From positions 92,150-156,149 of the forward strand of contig JAUYMS010000042.1 of assembly GCA_030698625.1 (NCBI GenBank): a DNA stretch of 64,000 nt. The letters are read 5' to 3'. Position 1 is the first letter of the stretch, and each line of letters opens with the position of its first letter. Of this stretch, positions 28,752 to 39,100 are shown piece after piece. Below the pieces are notes generated by a model that saw only the letters and a program-made list of their open reading frames with translations, searched no databases and was not told the DNA's origin. Source of the stretch: Candidatus Omnitrophota bacterium. Lineage in GTDB: Bacteria; Omnitrophota; Omnitrophia; Omnitrophales; Aquincolibacteriaceae. A program made the position numbers and the translations under genes.

Positions 28752-30185
28752 TTAATTCTGACCTGCGATTTGTTGCGGGACGATAAAATGGAAACGGGCT
28801 CCTTCGCCTTCCCGGCTATCGGCCCACAGGCACCCGCCGTGGCGTTCTACAATCTCTTTGCAAATGGAGAGGCCGAGTCCGGTGCCCTTGTGATGCTCAA
28901 GAGGGGCTTGGCTGCCTACACGAAACTGCTGAAAAATGACGGGGAGATCCTTTTCCTTGATACCGATGCCCGAATCCTCAACGCTGATCTGGACAAAGCT
29001 GCCGTCGCTCGCCACGGCTCTGGGTTTCGACCGGCAAACCGTAGCCCGGAGATGAATCTTGCCTCCGTTGGGAGTGAATTTCAGCGCGTTCGACACCAGG
29101 TTCATCAGGACCTCATCCAACCGCTCACGGTCGCCCATAATCAGCGAAACACTCGGGTCCACCTCTCTGGCAACCGCTATCCCCTTGTCTTTTGCCCAAA
29201 CACCGAGCGATCCCATGACATCATCAAAGAGCATGTCCATGCTCACCGGTTCGCAATGAATCGCGACGTGATTCGACTTTAGCTTCGAGTAGTCCAGGAT
29301 CTGATTGATCATCATCTCTAAACGTTTAATATTCCGGTGCGCGATACCGATATATTTTTTTTGCTCATCGGAGGCGGACATCAACTCTTCGCAAATGACA
29401 TACAGCGACTTATAGACGCAGTAAAGCGGTGAGCGAAGCTCATGCGAAATGTTGGCCATGAATTTCATCTGGTAATGCTCTATTTCCTTCTGTGTCATGG
29501 TGTGCGGCAGCGCCGACAACATACCGCGCGTATCGCCCTTTTCTGTTTCGATAACGGCACTACGTTCTCGCACCATCCTTACGGCATCTTCATCCTGACT
29601 GGAGACCTCAGGGTTGTCGCCTGTCTGAGAGGCATCATCCACGAATGAAATAACGGCGTTCTCACTTTTGCTCTGCCTGATCGGTTTTCCGATAATCTCA
29701 CGCCGTTTTAATCCGAGTAGTTTTTCTGCGGCATCGTTAACGGCAACGGCTTCGCCTTTCTCGTTGACGACGATCCTTCCTTCAGACATGGAGCGCACTA
29801 CCTTTTCGGTTTTCTTCTTTTCTTTGCCAAGGTGAACATAGTCTTCTTGCACGGTCTCATACTTCTTCTCTAATTTCTTGATCGCCTGTTCGCTCTGAGT
29901 GATGAGACTGCGGTAGGTCTTGGCCATTTCCTGTTTGACGACGAAGGTCTGATTGCGGACCTCTTCCATGACAATCTTCGTAATCGTATTGTTCAATTGC
30001 TGGGATTTGGATGAAGGAATGGCGAGCTTCTTTAGCTCGGACTGGACGGAATTAAGATAGGCCCCCGAACCCTTTGCCTTTTGGGAGTCCTTCTGAACAC
30101 GAATACCACCGCGGGCTATCTGGACAACCATCACCAGACAGATGAGCGCGACAAACAAGAACAGTATTAAACCAAATCCTCCCAT
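28752..30185 (-). CDS. Membrane-anchored PAS histidine kinase (paralog of 20807..22252)
   Basis: SHELRSPL, NLVSNALKF, DSGIG, GTGLGL; shared KKKTE.VVRS.SEG. Confidence 0.92.
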   Translation of the reverse strand: MGGFGLILFLFVALICLVMVVQIARGGIRVQKDSQKAKGSGAYLNSVQSELKKLAIPSSKSQQLNNTITKIVMEEVRNQTFVVKQEMAKTYRSLITQSEQAIKKLEKKYETVQEDYVHLGKEKKKTEKVVRSMSEGRIVVNEKGEAVAVNDAAEKLLGLKRREIIGKPIRQSKSENAVISFVDDASQTGDNPEVSSQDEDAVRMVRERSAVIETEKGDTRGMLSALPHTMTQKEIEHYQMKFMANISHELRSPLYCVYKSLYVICEELMSASDEQKKYIGIAHRNIKRLEMMINQILDYSKLKSNHVAIHCEPVSMDMLFDDVMGSLGVWAKDKGIAVAREVDPSVSLIMGDRERLDEVLMNLVSNALKFTPNGGKIHLRATVCRSKPRAVASDGSFVQISVEDSGIGIKEKDLPVIFQQFRVGSQAPLEHHKGTGLGLSICKEIVERHGGCLWADSREGEGARFHFIVPQQIAGQN

Positions 30186-30556
30186 TTAAAGTTGCCTGCC
30201 TTTGCAAAGGTTGCTCAAACTCCCCTTAAAAAAAAGTATACCCTATGAATTGAAGCTTGGTGATTAAAATTACAGAACTTAATCATATCTTTTAATAAGT
30301 TTTAACCTATTGCTGGTAAGTTACTATCACATCCCTTTATGCATGATTAAACTTGATTTAAATCCGCTAGAGAAGTGATAGGAATATTAGTTATATTAGA
30401 AGTCTAAGCCTCTTCCCTAAAATAGGGCGTATTCCAAATTAAGGAAGTGGCATCGCTTGACGAAAGAGTATATGGATCAAACGGCTTGCAGAAATCTTAC
30501 CCAAGCTCATTGGGCGGCAGCTGAACAGAACATTCAAAATAAGGGGGGTACTTTAA

Positions 30557-30889
30557 ATGAAAAAATTTACACGGATGTTGGTCGTACTCGTGGCCATTGC
30601 GGTCCTACCAGCCGTAGCATTTGCCGGCAGCCCCTGGACCATGGAGTCCTCGTATGGCGATAAGGCTATGGGCAAACTCGAATTCGGCATCAAGAATGCG
30701 CTTGGTGGTTGGACCGAGATTCTCACTGAGCCGAAAGCGACCCTCGATGCAGATGAGAACGTTCTGGTGGGTATCGGACAAGGGATCTGGAACGCTGCCT
30801 TTTACACCGTTGGCGGTTTGCTCCACATCGTAACTTTCCCGATCACATCCCTCGACGTTCCGCTTCCTCAAAACGGCGTCGATTTCTAA
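30557..30889 (+). CDS. Small exported/membrane protein resembling the TIGR04073 exosortase-associated family
   Basis: Signal peptide (AFA); KL..G..N...GWTEI, G....VTFPI. Confidence 0.6.
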   Translation: MKKFTRMLVVLVAIAVLPAVAFAGSPWTMESSYGDKAMGKLEFGIKNALGGWTEILTEPKATLDADENVLVGIGQGIWNAAFYTVGGLLHIVTFPITSLDVPLPQNGVDF

Positions 30890-30905
30890 CGAATTCGCTG
30901 CTCAC

Positions 30906-30941
30906 AAAAACCCCGCACCCTCAAAAGGTGCGGGGTTTTTT
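30906..30941. terminator. Bidirectional intrinsic terminator
   Basis: AAAAA-CCCCGCACC-7 nt-GGTGCGGGG-TTTTTT between convergent genes. Confidence 0.85.
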
Positions 30942-31910
30942 GTAGTAGGTCAGAGCGGCATCCTGCGCCGCAGTACGCTTCTCCAACTGCAACATTTCCT
31001 CACCGCTCAAGGGCTGAAACGCACTGGCCGCAGCCGCATTTCCCCTCACCTGCTCAATATTGTCACAGCCGATGATAACGTGAGATACGGGGAGGCTCAC
31101 GGCATACCGAAATGCCTCCTCCTGCGTCAACAAACCTTGGCCTAAAATCCTCCCGTGGCTATACACCTTCATACCGATAATGCCCAGCCCCCTGTCGACG
31201 GCTTTGGGCAGGAAATCCTGCATAAAAGATAGTGAGTGTTTGTCGGCGGCATTTAAAGCGACAAGCACCGTGTCAAACTCATACCTGTCGCTCACCGCAC
31301 TTAGAATCGCCGGGTCATGATGGCCGGTGAAACCTACAAATCGAATAAGATTCTTCTTCTTGGCTTCCTCGACGGCTCGAATCGCCCCGTCCTTGGAAAA
31401 AATCTGATCGATATCCGATTCTGTTCTCAGATCATGCAGTTGCCAGAGATCCAGGTGATCCGTATGCAAACGGCGAAGACTGTCTGTCAGAAGCTTCATG
31501 GAACCTTCGTAGCTGCGTTCATGCGTTTTCGAAGCCAGAAAAATTCCATCCCGCTTGGAAGGAGCATTCTTAAAGACCTGCCCGTAATAGTCTTGGCTAT
31601 TGGCATAGGCGGGCGCAGTGTCAAAATAGTTAACACCGCGCTCGATGGCCTCTTCGATAACCGGCACCGCTTCCCGAAAACGCCCATACGTGCGCAAAAT
31701 ACCTTCGCCGCCCAGCCCGAAGAGAGTTGCAGAGAATCCCGTTTTTCCTAATTTGCGAGTCGGAATCTGACCTGCCGCGACAGCGGGTGGCAGGCTCGGC
31801 AATGCCGCATTGGCGATCTGGGCCCAGGTCGGGGAGCTCTTGGCTACGAGAGAAAGCCAGGCACCGGCTGCGAATTGCAGTCCTCTTTTAATAAAATCGC
31901 GTCTGCGCAT
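30921..31910 (-). CDS. Aldo/keto reductase with Tat signal
   Basis: MRRRDFIK twin-arginine; FDTAPAY, LASK, DHLDLWQLH. Confidence 0.9.
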   Translation of the reverse strand: MRRRDFIKRGLQFAAGAWLSLVAKSSPTWAQIANAALPSLPPAVAAGQIPTRKLGKTGFSATLFGLGGEGILRTYGRFREAVPVIEEAIERGVNYFDTAPAYANSQDYYGQVFKNAPSKRDGIFLASKTHERSYEGSMKLLTDSLRRLHTDHLDLWQLHDLRTESDIDQIFSKDGAIRAVEEAKKKNLIRFVGFTGHHDPAILSAVSDRYEFDTVLVALNAADKHSLSFMQDFLPKAVDRGLGIIGMKVYSHGRILGQGLLTQEEAFRYAVSLPVSHVIIGCDNIEQVRGNAAAASAFQPLSGEEMLQLEKRTAAQDAALTYYKKPRTF

Positions 31911-31914
31911 ATTG

Positions 31915-32076
31915 TTAGCCCGCGAGTTCGGGATGCTTAGCACGATAATACTCACGTGTAAGGTCATCCATTTTCTTCAGAAAAGCATGCGGATCTCCGC
32001 CCTTATCTTTAAATTCGCCCGCCAGCTTAGCCATTTTCTCTTGGATTTTTTTTGCTTGCTGCCTTTCTTTGCTCAT
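31915..32076 (-). CDS. Hypothetical small protein (53 aa)
   Basis: MSKERQQAKKIQEKMAKLAGEFKDKGGDPHAFLKKMDDLTREYYRAKHPELAG; ATGA overlap with the sixA stop; fills the operon gap. Confidence 0.6.
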   Translation of the reverse strand: MSKERQQAKKIQEKMAKLAGEFKDKGGDPHAFLKKMDDLTREYYRAKHPELAG

Positions 32077-32552
32077 CGCACTTCCTCCGGCTCAATCGCC
32101 CAGTCCAACGACCATGTATCGTCGGCCCCGCAACCCAAACACAGAGTGCCGGCCTCACCAAAGCGCACGCTGCCGCGCTGAGTCTCTGTGGATAGAAGAA
32201 TCTCTACAAGGTTAGGCAAAAAAGGCAAATGACTGACCAGCATGATGGAACCGTCGGGGTGGTGTATGGCGTATTCTTGCAGAAGATCGGCAACAGGGCC
32301 TGCTGGATCATTCGGCGCAAGCCCCTTCTTCTCTTGGCAGGATAATGGGAGCTCCATCACCCTAACTAACCCCTCGGCCGTTTCTTTGGCGCGCAACTCG
32401 GTACTATGCCATACCTCTTGGAGTTTGATCCCAGTCTGACGCAGGTACGCAGCGACGCTGGCCGTCTGGGCCCGGCCCCGCTCGCTAAGCGGCCGTTGGG
32501 GATCGACATGATCGCTAACGGCTTCCCCATGGCGCATGAGATACAACTTCAT
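32073..32552 (-). CDS. sixA: Phosphohistidine phosphatase SixA
   Basis: MKLYLMRHGEA, RPLS.RG, RAKETA, LVSHLP. Confidence 0.92.
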   Translation of the reverse strand: MKLYLMRHGEAVSDHVDPQRPLSERGRAQTASVAAYLRQTGIKLQEVWHSTELRAKETAEGLVRVMELPLSCQEKKGLAPNDPAGPVADLLQEYAIHHPDGSIMLVSHLPFLPNLVEILLSTETQRGSVRFGEAGTLCLGCGADDTWSLDWAIEPEEVR

Positions 32553-32743
32553 CAGCCGCCCGCTAGTTGTTTCTTGTAATACTCCATGCACTTACCGCAG
32601 ACACCGTCAGAAGAGACCCAGTCGGGATGCTCCTGCTTGATGGCCTCAATAATATGCTGGTTCGCATGATTCAGAAACATGAGCAGGTCGCGTTTCATTT
32701 CTTTCCGGCATACAGGGCATTCGTAATAGCCGCTCTTATCCAT
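32552..32743 (-). CDS. Small zinc-binding protein (63 aa)
   Basis: CPVC...H...H and CGKC; GGAGG RBS; upstream TGCTATGAT. Confidence 0.72.
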   Translation of the reverse strand: MDKSGYYECPVCRKEMKRDLLMFLNHANQHIIEAIKQEHPDWVSSDGVCGKCMEYYKKQLAGG

Positions 32744-32859
32744 AACATTTCCTCCGGGTACCGGACTCAATTTATCATAGCATTGCGCGTTCGGTCTACG
32801 CATAAAAAGCCGTACAAAGGGCTTGCGGCTCGGGGAATCAAGATTAAAATGAGGCTATC

Positions 32860-33456
32860 TTGCAAAATAAAATTCTCGATATCAAATCGTATGACGACTT
32901 CAAGCACGCCCTGATCGATTCGGCGTGCCGCAAATGCGAGCTCGCTAATCATCGCACTCATATCGTCGTCGACCGTGGGAATCCGAATGCCGACGTTGTC
33001 ATGATCGGCGAAGGCCCCGGTGAAAACGAAGACCTGCAAGGAAAGGCCTTTGTGGGAAGGGCCGGAAAACTCCTCGACGGAATGCTCGGGGAGTTTGATT
33101 TCAATACCGACGAGCACAGCCTCATTATTAATGTCGTCAAATGCCGCCCTCCCGGAAACCGGGCCCCGAAGCAGGAAGAAGTCAACGCCTGCAGCCCTTA
33201 TCTGAAGACACAGTTGGCACTAGTCAAACCTCGCTTTTTATTACTGCTCGGGGCAACGGCCCTCAAACACCTTTTCCCTGAGAAAAAGAACGTTTCCATG
33301 AAAAGCCAGGCAGGCGTTTTTTTTGAGGCCCATCAATTTCCCGGAGCCCGAATCATGGTCCTTTACCACCCCGCCTATATTCTGCGGGATCCGAGAAAAA
33401 GACCCGAAATGATGACCCATCTCAGGGTCTTCGTGAGCGCGTGGAGAAAAGCTTGA
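32860..33456 (+). CDS. Uracil-DNA glycosylase family 4
   Basis: C..C, GEGPG..ED..G..FVG.AG, KCRPP.NR.P, HPAY. Confidence 0.93.
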   Translation: MQNKILDIKSYDDFKHALIDSACRKCELANHRTHIVVDRGNPNADVVMIGEGPGENEDLQGKAFVGRAGKLLDGMLGEFDFNTDEHSLIINVVKCRPPGNRAPKQEEVNACSPYLKTQLALVKPRFLLLLGATALKHLFPEKKNVSMKSQAGVFFEAHQFPGARIMVLYHPAYILRDPRKRPEMMTHLRVFVSAWRKA

Positions 33457-33506
33457 ATTTACGCTTATGCTATACTTTTTACTGTAAATAACATCGAAGG
33501 AAATTC

Positions 33507-34022
33507 ATGTTTAGGAATACTTTTTTATTTATATCGGTAGTCACCCTAGCATGTCTCACCGGGTGGTCGATGGGATATCGATTACACCTCGAAGCCATCC
33601 CTGACTATTTGCAGAACTACACTCCCAAAGAAATGCGTAAAATCGATCTCATTAACGGGCAGAGTATCGTCGGCGAAATCGTGAACGAGACCGACGAATA
33701 TATCAAACTCCGCTTTGAGGGCGGTCATATCATTTTGCCCCGGGAAGAAATTGAGGCGAATACGCTGATCGACGAAAGCCGCCTAGGGTCTGACGAAATC
33801 AGCGAGCTCATGATCCGCGATGCGAAAAGGCCGTTTATCACGCATCACGAAGATCTCAGTCTCGTGACGACATGGAAGGAAACTCTCCGCGAGCTGCAGC
33901 AGGCGCCGAAACCTCAGACCGGCGGATTACAAAATTATATGGATCAGGCACAAAGGGCCGCCGGCGAACAGCAACAGAAGATCGCAGAACATCAGCAATT
34001 GATGGAGAAGTACTCGGGGTAA
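33507..34022 (+). CDS. Hypothetical membrane-anchored/exported protein
   Basis: N-terminal TM; I.L.NG..I.G.I..E small beta module; AAGGA RBS; TGCTATACT upstream. Confidence 0.7.
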   Translation: MFRNTFLFISVVTLACLTGWSMGYRLHLEAIPDYLQNYTPKEMRKIDLINGQSIVGEIVNETDEYIKLRFEGGHIILPREEIEANTLIDESRLGSDEISELMIRDAKRPFITHHEDLSLVTTWKETLRELQQAPKPQTGGLQNYMDQAQRAAGEQQQKIAEHQQLMEKYSG

Positions 34023-35879
34023 CTAAGTCAGAGTCGTAATCCCGCGCCCCGCCCGCTCATGCCCGGCGTCGATTGCCAGGGATTTCTCATAGGCATTCCG
34101 GGCCTGGTCCATTTTTCCTTCCTTAACGAGGATATCCCCCAGAACCGCCCAGGCATCCGGTTGCTCAGTGTGAATGCGAAGGATCTCTTCGGCTAATGAC
34201 TTCGCCTCGTCCATATCGCCTTTCTGAAAAGCGAACTCCATGAGGCGGGCTCGGGGTAAAGGGTTCTTATCAAAAGCCGCCGCGGCGTTGCGATAAAAGT
34301 TCAGAGCCTCATCCGTTCTGCCCTTTTCATGCATCAGGGCCCCCAAATTATAAAGTGCTGTACTGATCTCGGCCTTCTTGTAAAGGGGCATCGGAAAGGG
34401 CGAAAAAACACCTGCGGCAAAGACAGCCGCGACACAACCGAATACCAGCATGCCGCGCATATCCTGCCGGCGTATCATTTGAGCCGCACGTACGCTTGCA
34501 TGAGCCGCCAGAATGATGAGCGGCAATACAACGGGAAGCCGGTAGCGCGCCAGAACAAAAAAAGGCAGCGTAATGACCAGCACACCCAGCACCAACCAAT
34601 GCAGGAGTCTAGCGCGAGGATCTCTCCACGTCAGGACCAGGCCGACCAAACCGAGTACCGCAATCCACCCAAATCGCACGGGTAACCACTTCAGCACAGA
34701 CGAGAACCGCTGATAAAAATAATAACTCTCCGTATCCGGTACTTCGTAAGCATTCCAAAAGAGATGGAGTTTGCGCAGTTCCAGCCAAAAAAAGCGGCCC
34801 GGATTCTGTAAGACAAAGTCAATGGCTTTGCCCGCCCAGTACTGTGAAACCTCTGAAGGCTTGAGAGACCGGCCGACCGCCTGCTCGGCAAGTTGGCGAT
34901 TGTAGCGCGCTTCCGTTGTGAGATTGGCCTGTTTGTTATAGAGCGGCTTATAGGTGCCGTCGGCCTCGGGATTATTTCCTATATAGAGGTTCATGCCGCC
35001 CTGGGAGGAGACCATAACGACATCCCCACTCACCTGATAGTTACGAAGAGTTACCGGCACAAGTGCCGCTGCCGCACCCAACCCGAAAAACACAACGGCT
35101 ATCAATCGATTCCGGCGCTCCCGGGCAGGCCCCGTCCAAACCAGCCACAGCAATGCGAACGGCGCAAGCAGGATCAAGTTCGCGATAATCAGCGTCGCGA
35201 TCATCAGCAGCAGGCCCGCCAGAAAAGATGCCCACCAGCTGACTTTTTCCGACTGCCTCGCGATGAGCCACAGAAATACGGCCAAAAGAAAGATCTCTAA
35301 CGTCGGCTTAATTAAGAATCCCGCATAGCAAACGAGAATACCGTAGCCCGCAGCAAAAAGGCCCGTAACAATCGCCGTCGCTCTTCCGAATAAATGATAC
35401 GCCGTCATGTACAGGACAAGGCATGTCAATGCCCCAAGAACCTGCTGAGCCACTTGAGCCGCTTGAATGCTTACACCGAAAATTGAAAATAGCGCGCCTA
35501 AAAAGTAGGGGTACCCAGGGGCTTGAAAGAATGCCTCCGTGCCCAGCCAATTCCCCGATGCCAGGTCGGCCGCCCATTTGATGTAGCCCTGGGCATCGAC
35601 AGTGGGAATATTCAAATACGGGAAGGCATTAATCTGAAAGTGATACGCGAGACGAACGGTGAGCGCGATAAGAAACAGAACCGCTAGGTCGAAAAGGATC
35701 CACTTCAGCGGCGGTGCAGCGGGACGCCCCTTTTCCGGCGACGACTGAGGCCCTGTCTCCAAGTCCCGGATAGCAGCGGCGACCTTCTTTTTGCTTATCC
35801 CAAGGTTCTTGGCGATCGCTTTTGCCGATTCGGAACGGTACCGGCGGCCGATATAACGCAGTGCATCTTCGTTCAGCAT
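34023..35879 (-). CDS. GT-C (family 39/ArnT-like) membrane glycosyltransferase with C-terminal TPRs and N-terminal HTH-like segment
   Basis: DA..Y, PGYPYFL, GG.NLYIGNN, RYRLP; TPR-like helices. Confidence 0.8.
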   Translation of the reverse strand: MLNEDALRYIGRRYRSESAKAIAKNLGISKKKVAAAIRDLETGPQSSPEKGRPAAPPLKWILFDLAVLFLIALTVRLAYHFQINAFPYLNIPTVDAQGYIKWAADLASGNWLGTEAFFQAPGYPYFLGALFSIFGVSIQAAQVAQQVLGALTCLVLYMTAYHLFGRATAIVTGLFAAGYGILVCYAGFLIKPTLEIFLLAVFLWLIARQSEKVSWWASFLAGLLLMIATLIIANLILLAPFALLWLVWTGPARERRNRLIAVVFFGLGAAAALVPVTLRNYQVSGDVVMVSSQGGMNLYIGNNPEADGTYKPLYNKQANLTTEARYNRQLAEQAVGRSLKPSEVSQYWAGKAIDFVLQNPGRFFWLELRKLHLFWNAYEVPDTESYYFYQRFSSVLKWLPVRFGWIAVLGLVGLVLTWRDPRARLLHWLVLGVLVITLPFFVLARYRLPVVLPLIILAAHASVRAAQMIRRQDMRGMLVFGCVAAVFAAGVFSPFPMPLYKKAEISTALYNLGALMHEKGRTDEALNFYRNAAAAFDKNPLPRARLMEFAFQKGDMDEAKSLAEEILRIHTEQPDAWAVLGDILVKEGKMDQARNAYEKSLAIDAGHERAGRGITTLT

Positions 35880-35891
35880 ACGGAGACGTGG

Positions 35892-36080
35892 TTAATCTTT
35901 CCCGTAGAGCTTAATCGCACAGGCAGCAACCATCAGACCGAGACCCAGGACAAAGAAACTGATTGTCTCGTAGGTTCCTATATAGGCATACCCCATGAGC
36001 CGGATGACTCCGGAGACCAATGCGACGACCAACCCCGCATTCGCAATCAAAGGACCTATGGAATTGAGCGTTTTAAGCAT
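35892..36080 (-). CDS. Small two-TM membrane protein
   Basis: 62 aa, two hydrophobic helices, GAGGGGGG RBS, TATAAT upstream. Confidence 0.7.
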   Translation of the reverse strand: MLKTLNSIGPLIANAGLVVALVSGVIRLMGYAYIGTYETISFFVLGLGLMVAACAIKLYGKD

Positions 36081-36139
36081 ACCGTCCCCCCCTCTTGGGT
36101 TATTATACGGCCGCCAAGGTGTTATTCCATAGGTTTGTA

Positions 36140-39100
36140 TTACGCACTTATGTCGATGAGCTCTTCGCGGATTAGACTCTCCTCGATGTACTTGCCGAGG
36201 TCGACAAGGTACGCGTCACCCTTAGATCTGGCATTGGGGAAGATGTCTTCAATGTGCTGGTCCAGCAGAGCCGCTTGCTCAAGCGGGTCTTTAACGCCGC
36301 GAATAAGTTTGGCAGGTTCGAGAAGGGCTACCGCCAGAAAAGCCAAGCCCTCGAAGTCACCGCGATCGGCGGCCTGCGGATCCACAATAAAATTGGCGGC
36401 CGTCCCGATATTTTCAGGCAGCACATTTCTATCCGAAAGAAGCGTGGCCACACCCGCTTCGCTTTCGCCCACATAAGAAGCCACATGTTCAACCGCGACA
36501 ACATTGACGAGCGTATTCAACCGCGGTAGCGTGAAAAGATCGCCCGCATCCTGTTCCTCCTGCCAGTGAATCCCGTTATCACGCTTCAAAAATGCCCGTT
36601 TCAAGACGCGTTCCAGAATATCGTCGCTCCCCAGAATTCCCACCAGGGGTTTCGCCCCCGGATGCTGCTTCTCGAATTGATCCAAGGCCCGGAAAAGCAG
36701 GTACAGTGTTCGCGGACTCTTCTCAATAAGCCGTTCAATCCAAACCGAGTCGATAAGGACCTGGCCCATGTCGGCGACCTGCTGCTGCATTTTCTCGTTG
36801 AAGCGCGGCGTCATGACCACGCGGCCTTGACCCAGTTTTGTGAGGATCGTGCTTTCGGTCGTTTGCGGCATAATTCCGGCACGCTCCGAGTAAACAGCAC
36901 GATTCAGGAGCCCCGACAACAGGGTCACCAGAGCTTCGGTAGAATGCTCTTCCAGTCTTCTCGGCAGAATCTGCGCGCGCGGCCCATGAAAGATCCGTTC
37001 GCCTTGAGCCGTGAGAAGTTCGTCTGCAACTCTCAATTCCGAGCGCTCGGAACCGTCAGGGATCTCGCCTTGCCCTAAGAGCTGCTCTAGAACCGGTTCA
37101 TAATCCCGCCTGCCGACGTCAATGAAATCCCGCGCAATGGCTACTCCCACTTCAAAATCGAATTTTTCGAATACTCTGATACCTGCGTCCAGAACCCTGG
37201 ACCGCTTATTGAAATTTTCGCGCCAGATGCCTGATAAGCCCTTTCTCAGATCACGATCCAGCTTTTCCCAGAATTTTTCGATCACGTCGCCATCGATGTC
37301 CACAGCACGCGGGTTGATAGAGTTCATGACAACGCGTCCCGTGTAATCGATCAGGAAGTCACGCGAGGGCAGATAAAGTCCCGGCTGAACATCGGCTACA
37401 TCGTATTCGATCCCCGCCCTTAAATAAATGTCGTTAGCGTTCACCCAAAACTCGGTAGGGATATCCGACATAGAAACGGTTCCTGCTGACCGCACTTTTA
37501 GTGTTTTCTGCTCGGGCAGCCACCAGTCAATGCCCCCTTCAAAATCGTCCCGCAGCTTAAATTCAGGGCTTAAAACTACAACATCCACATCTTTGTGTCT
37601 GAGCAGGTCCTTCGCCTGGACCCGTTGATTCCATAAGTCGGGCGCTATGCTGCCGATCACGATGCCGACGGCCCCCCGCTCTTTAAGAATACGATCCGCC
37701 GTTTGCAGAGCCCGTAATCCTTTCGCGGCATTGGGAGGAACAGGATCTTCCTCTTCCATTTTCTGAATCTGCAGTTGGAGAGTTTTCATGAGCTGCTTCT
37801 GAGCATAAGTCGGCTTCTGTGCCTGAATCATCATCTGGCTCATTGACCGTAGTTCGGAGCGGTAAGGGTCGTCGTCGAAATCGAATTCCTCGGCAGCATG
37901 TTCGTCGGCCCGGCGCTGCAGATAAGGATGAGCGAACTGCTGACCCGAATGCTTAATGAAAATGGGCGGCACCAATTCTGAAAACTGTGCCGCGCCGACC
38001 GGCATACCTTCAGGGGCTCCGTTCATGACGGAATACGGGAGGCCCAAATCAATGGCCTCAAGCAACAGATACCTGGAAAGGTTCTCCCCCATATTGAAGC
38101 CGCGCATAAATCTCCATGAGAGCATTCCGCCGGGCGCAACAGTGCTCATCAGGCGGCGGACGCTTTCCGTCCTGAGATCGACCCCATCGGTAGCGTTAAG
38201 AAAGACAAGGTCGAACGGTTCCTCTCCGAGCTGACCGGTCTCAATGACCTCTTCGATCCTGCCCGGCACGGTCTCAATGCCGTAGGCATCCAGTTTAAGG
38301 CGGTTCTCAAAATCAAAGCCCGAATTATTCCCGACGAGCTCGAACTCAAAGGTTCCGTCGGCCTCCAGCAATGCCTTAAGCCTAATCAAGAACTCTCCCT
38401 TCCCCGTAGCCACATCCAATATGCGGAGTTTTTTCTTATCCGCAAATTCGCTTTTCAGGATGTCGATGAACGCGGGAACTTGTGTTTCCGCCTGGACGGG
38501 TTTGCGGTACTCTTCAGACAGGAGATGGGAAAATCTTGTGAGGCGCTGAACACTATCACGCAAAGCTTCCGCATCGAGATCGAATCCTTGATCGGCGACA
38601 TGGTCCAGCATGGCCTCAAACCCCCTGCCACCAAAGGACTGTAATGCCTCCATCACGGCGATATCGAGTTCGGCTTTGGCACGAAGCTCCGGATTCGTCC
38701 TCAGCGTAAAGATCGTATATGGGTTGCCGTTTCTAAAGCTGAGCTCCGGAGAGGAATTCGGCCCCCCCGAACTCGCTCGTACATAGGCGATTCTTTTTTC
38801 AAAATCATTCTCCGGATAAGATTCGACCAAATTAAATTCATCGATCGAGATCTTGCCGCCCAATCCGTAGATTTTGGCAAATTCTGTCAGCTGACTGCCG
38901 GTTCCGTCGCTTTCACCGACGGAACTAACCATGATCAGCCCCTTCCGGTTAAGCAGAGAGCGGAGCATGAGAATCGGCCACTCGTCCGGATCAAGAGGCA
39001 GGGGCTCATAACTGAATGTCCAGTCGACATCGCCCTTTGCAACGGGTTCCTTAAGAGGGTCCCCGACACGAAATCTCGCGGACAAATCTTCTCCCGCGGC

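Noticed and set aside
30186-30556. AT-rich stretch as foreign DNA, a sigma54/FNR site, or ORF 30457..30663
   Set aside because: Ordinary divergent promoter region; motif spacings do not fit the consensus
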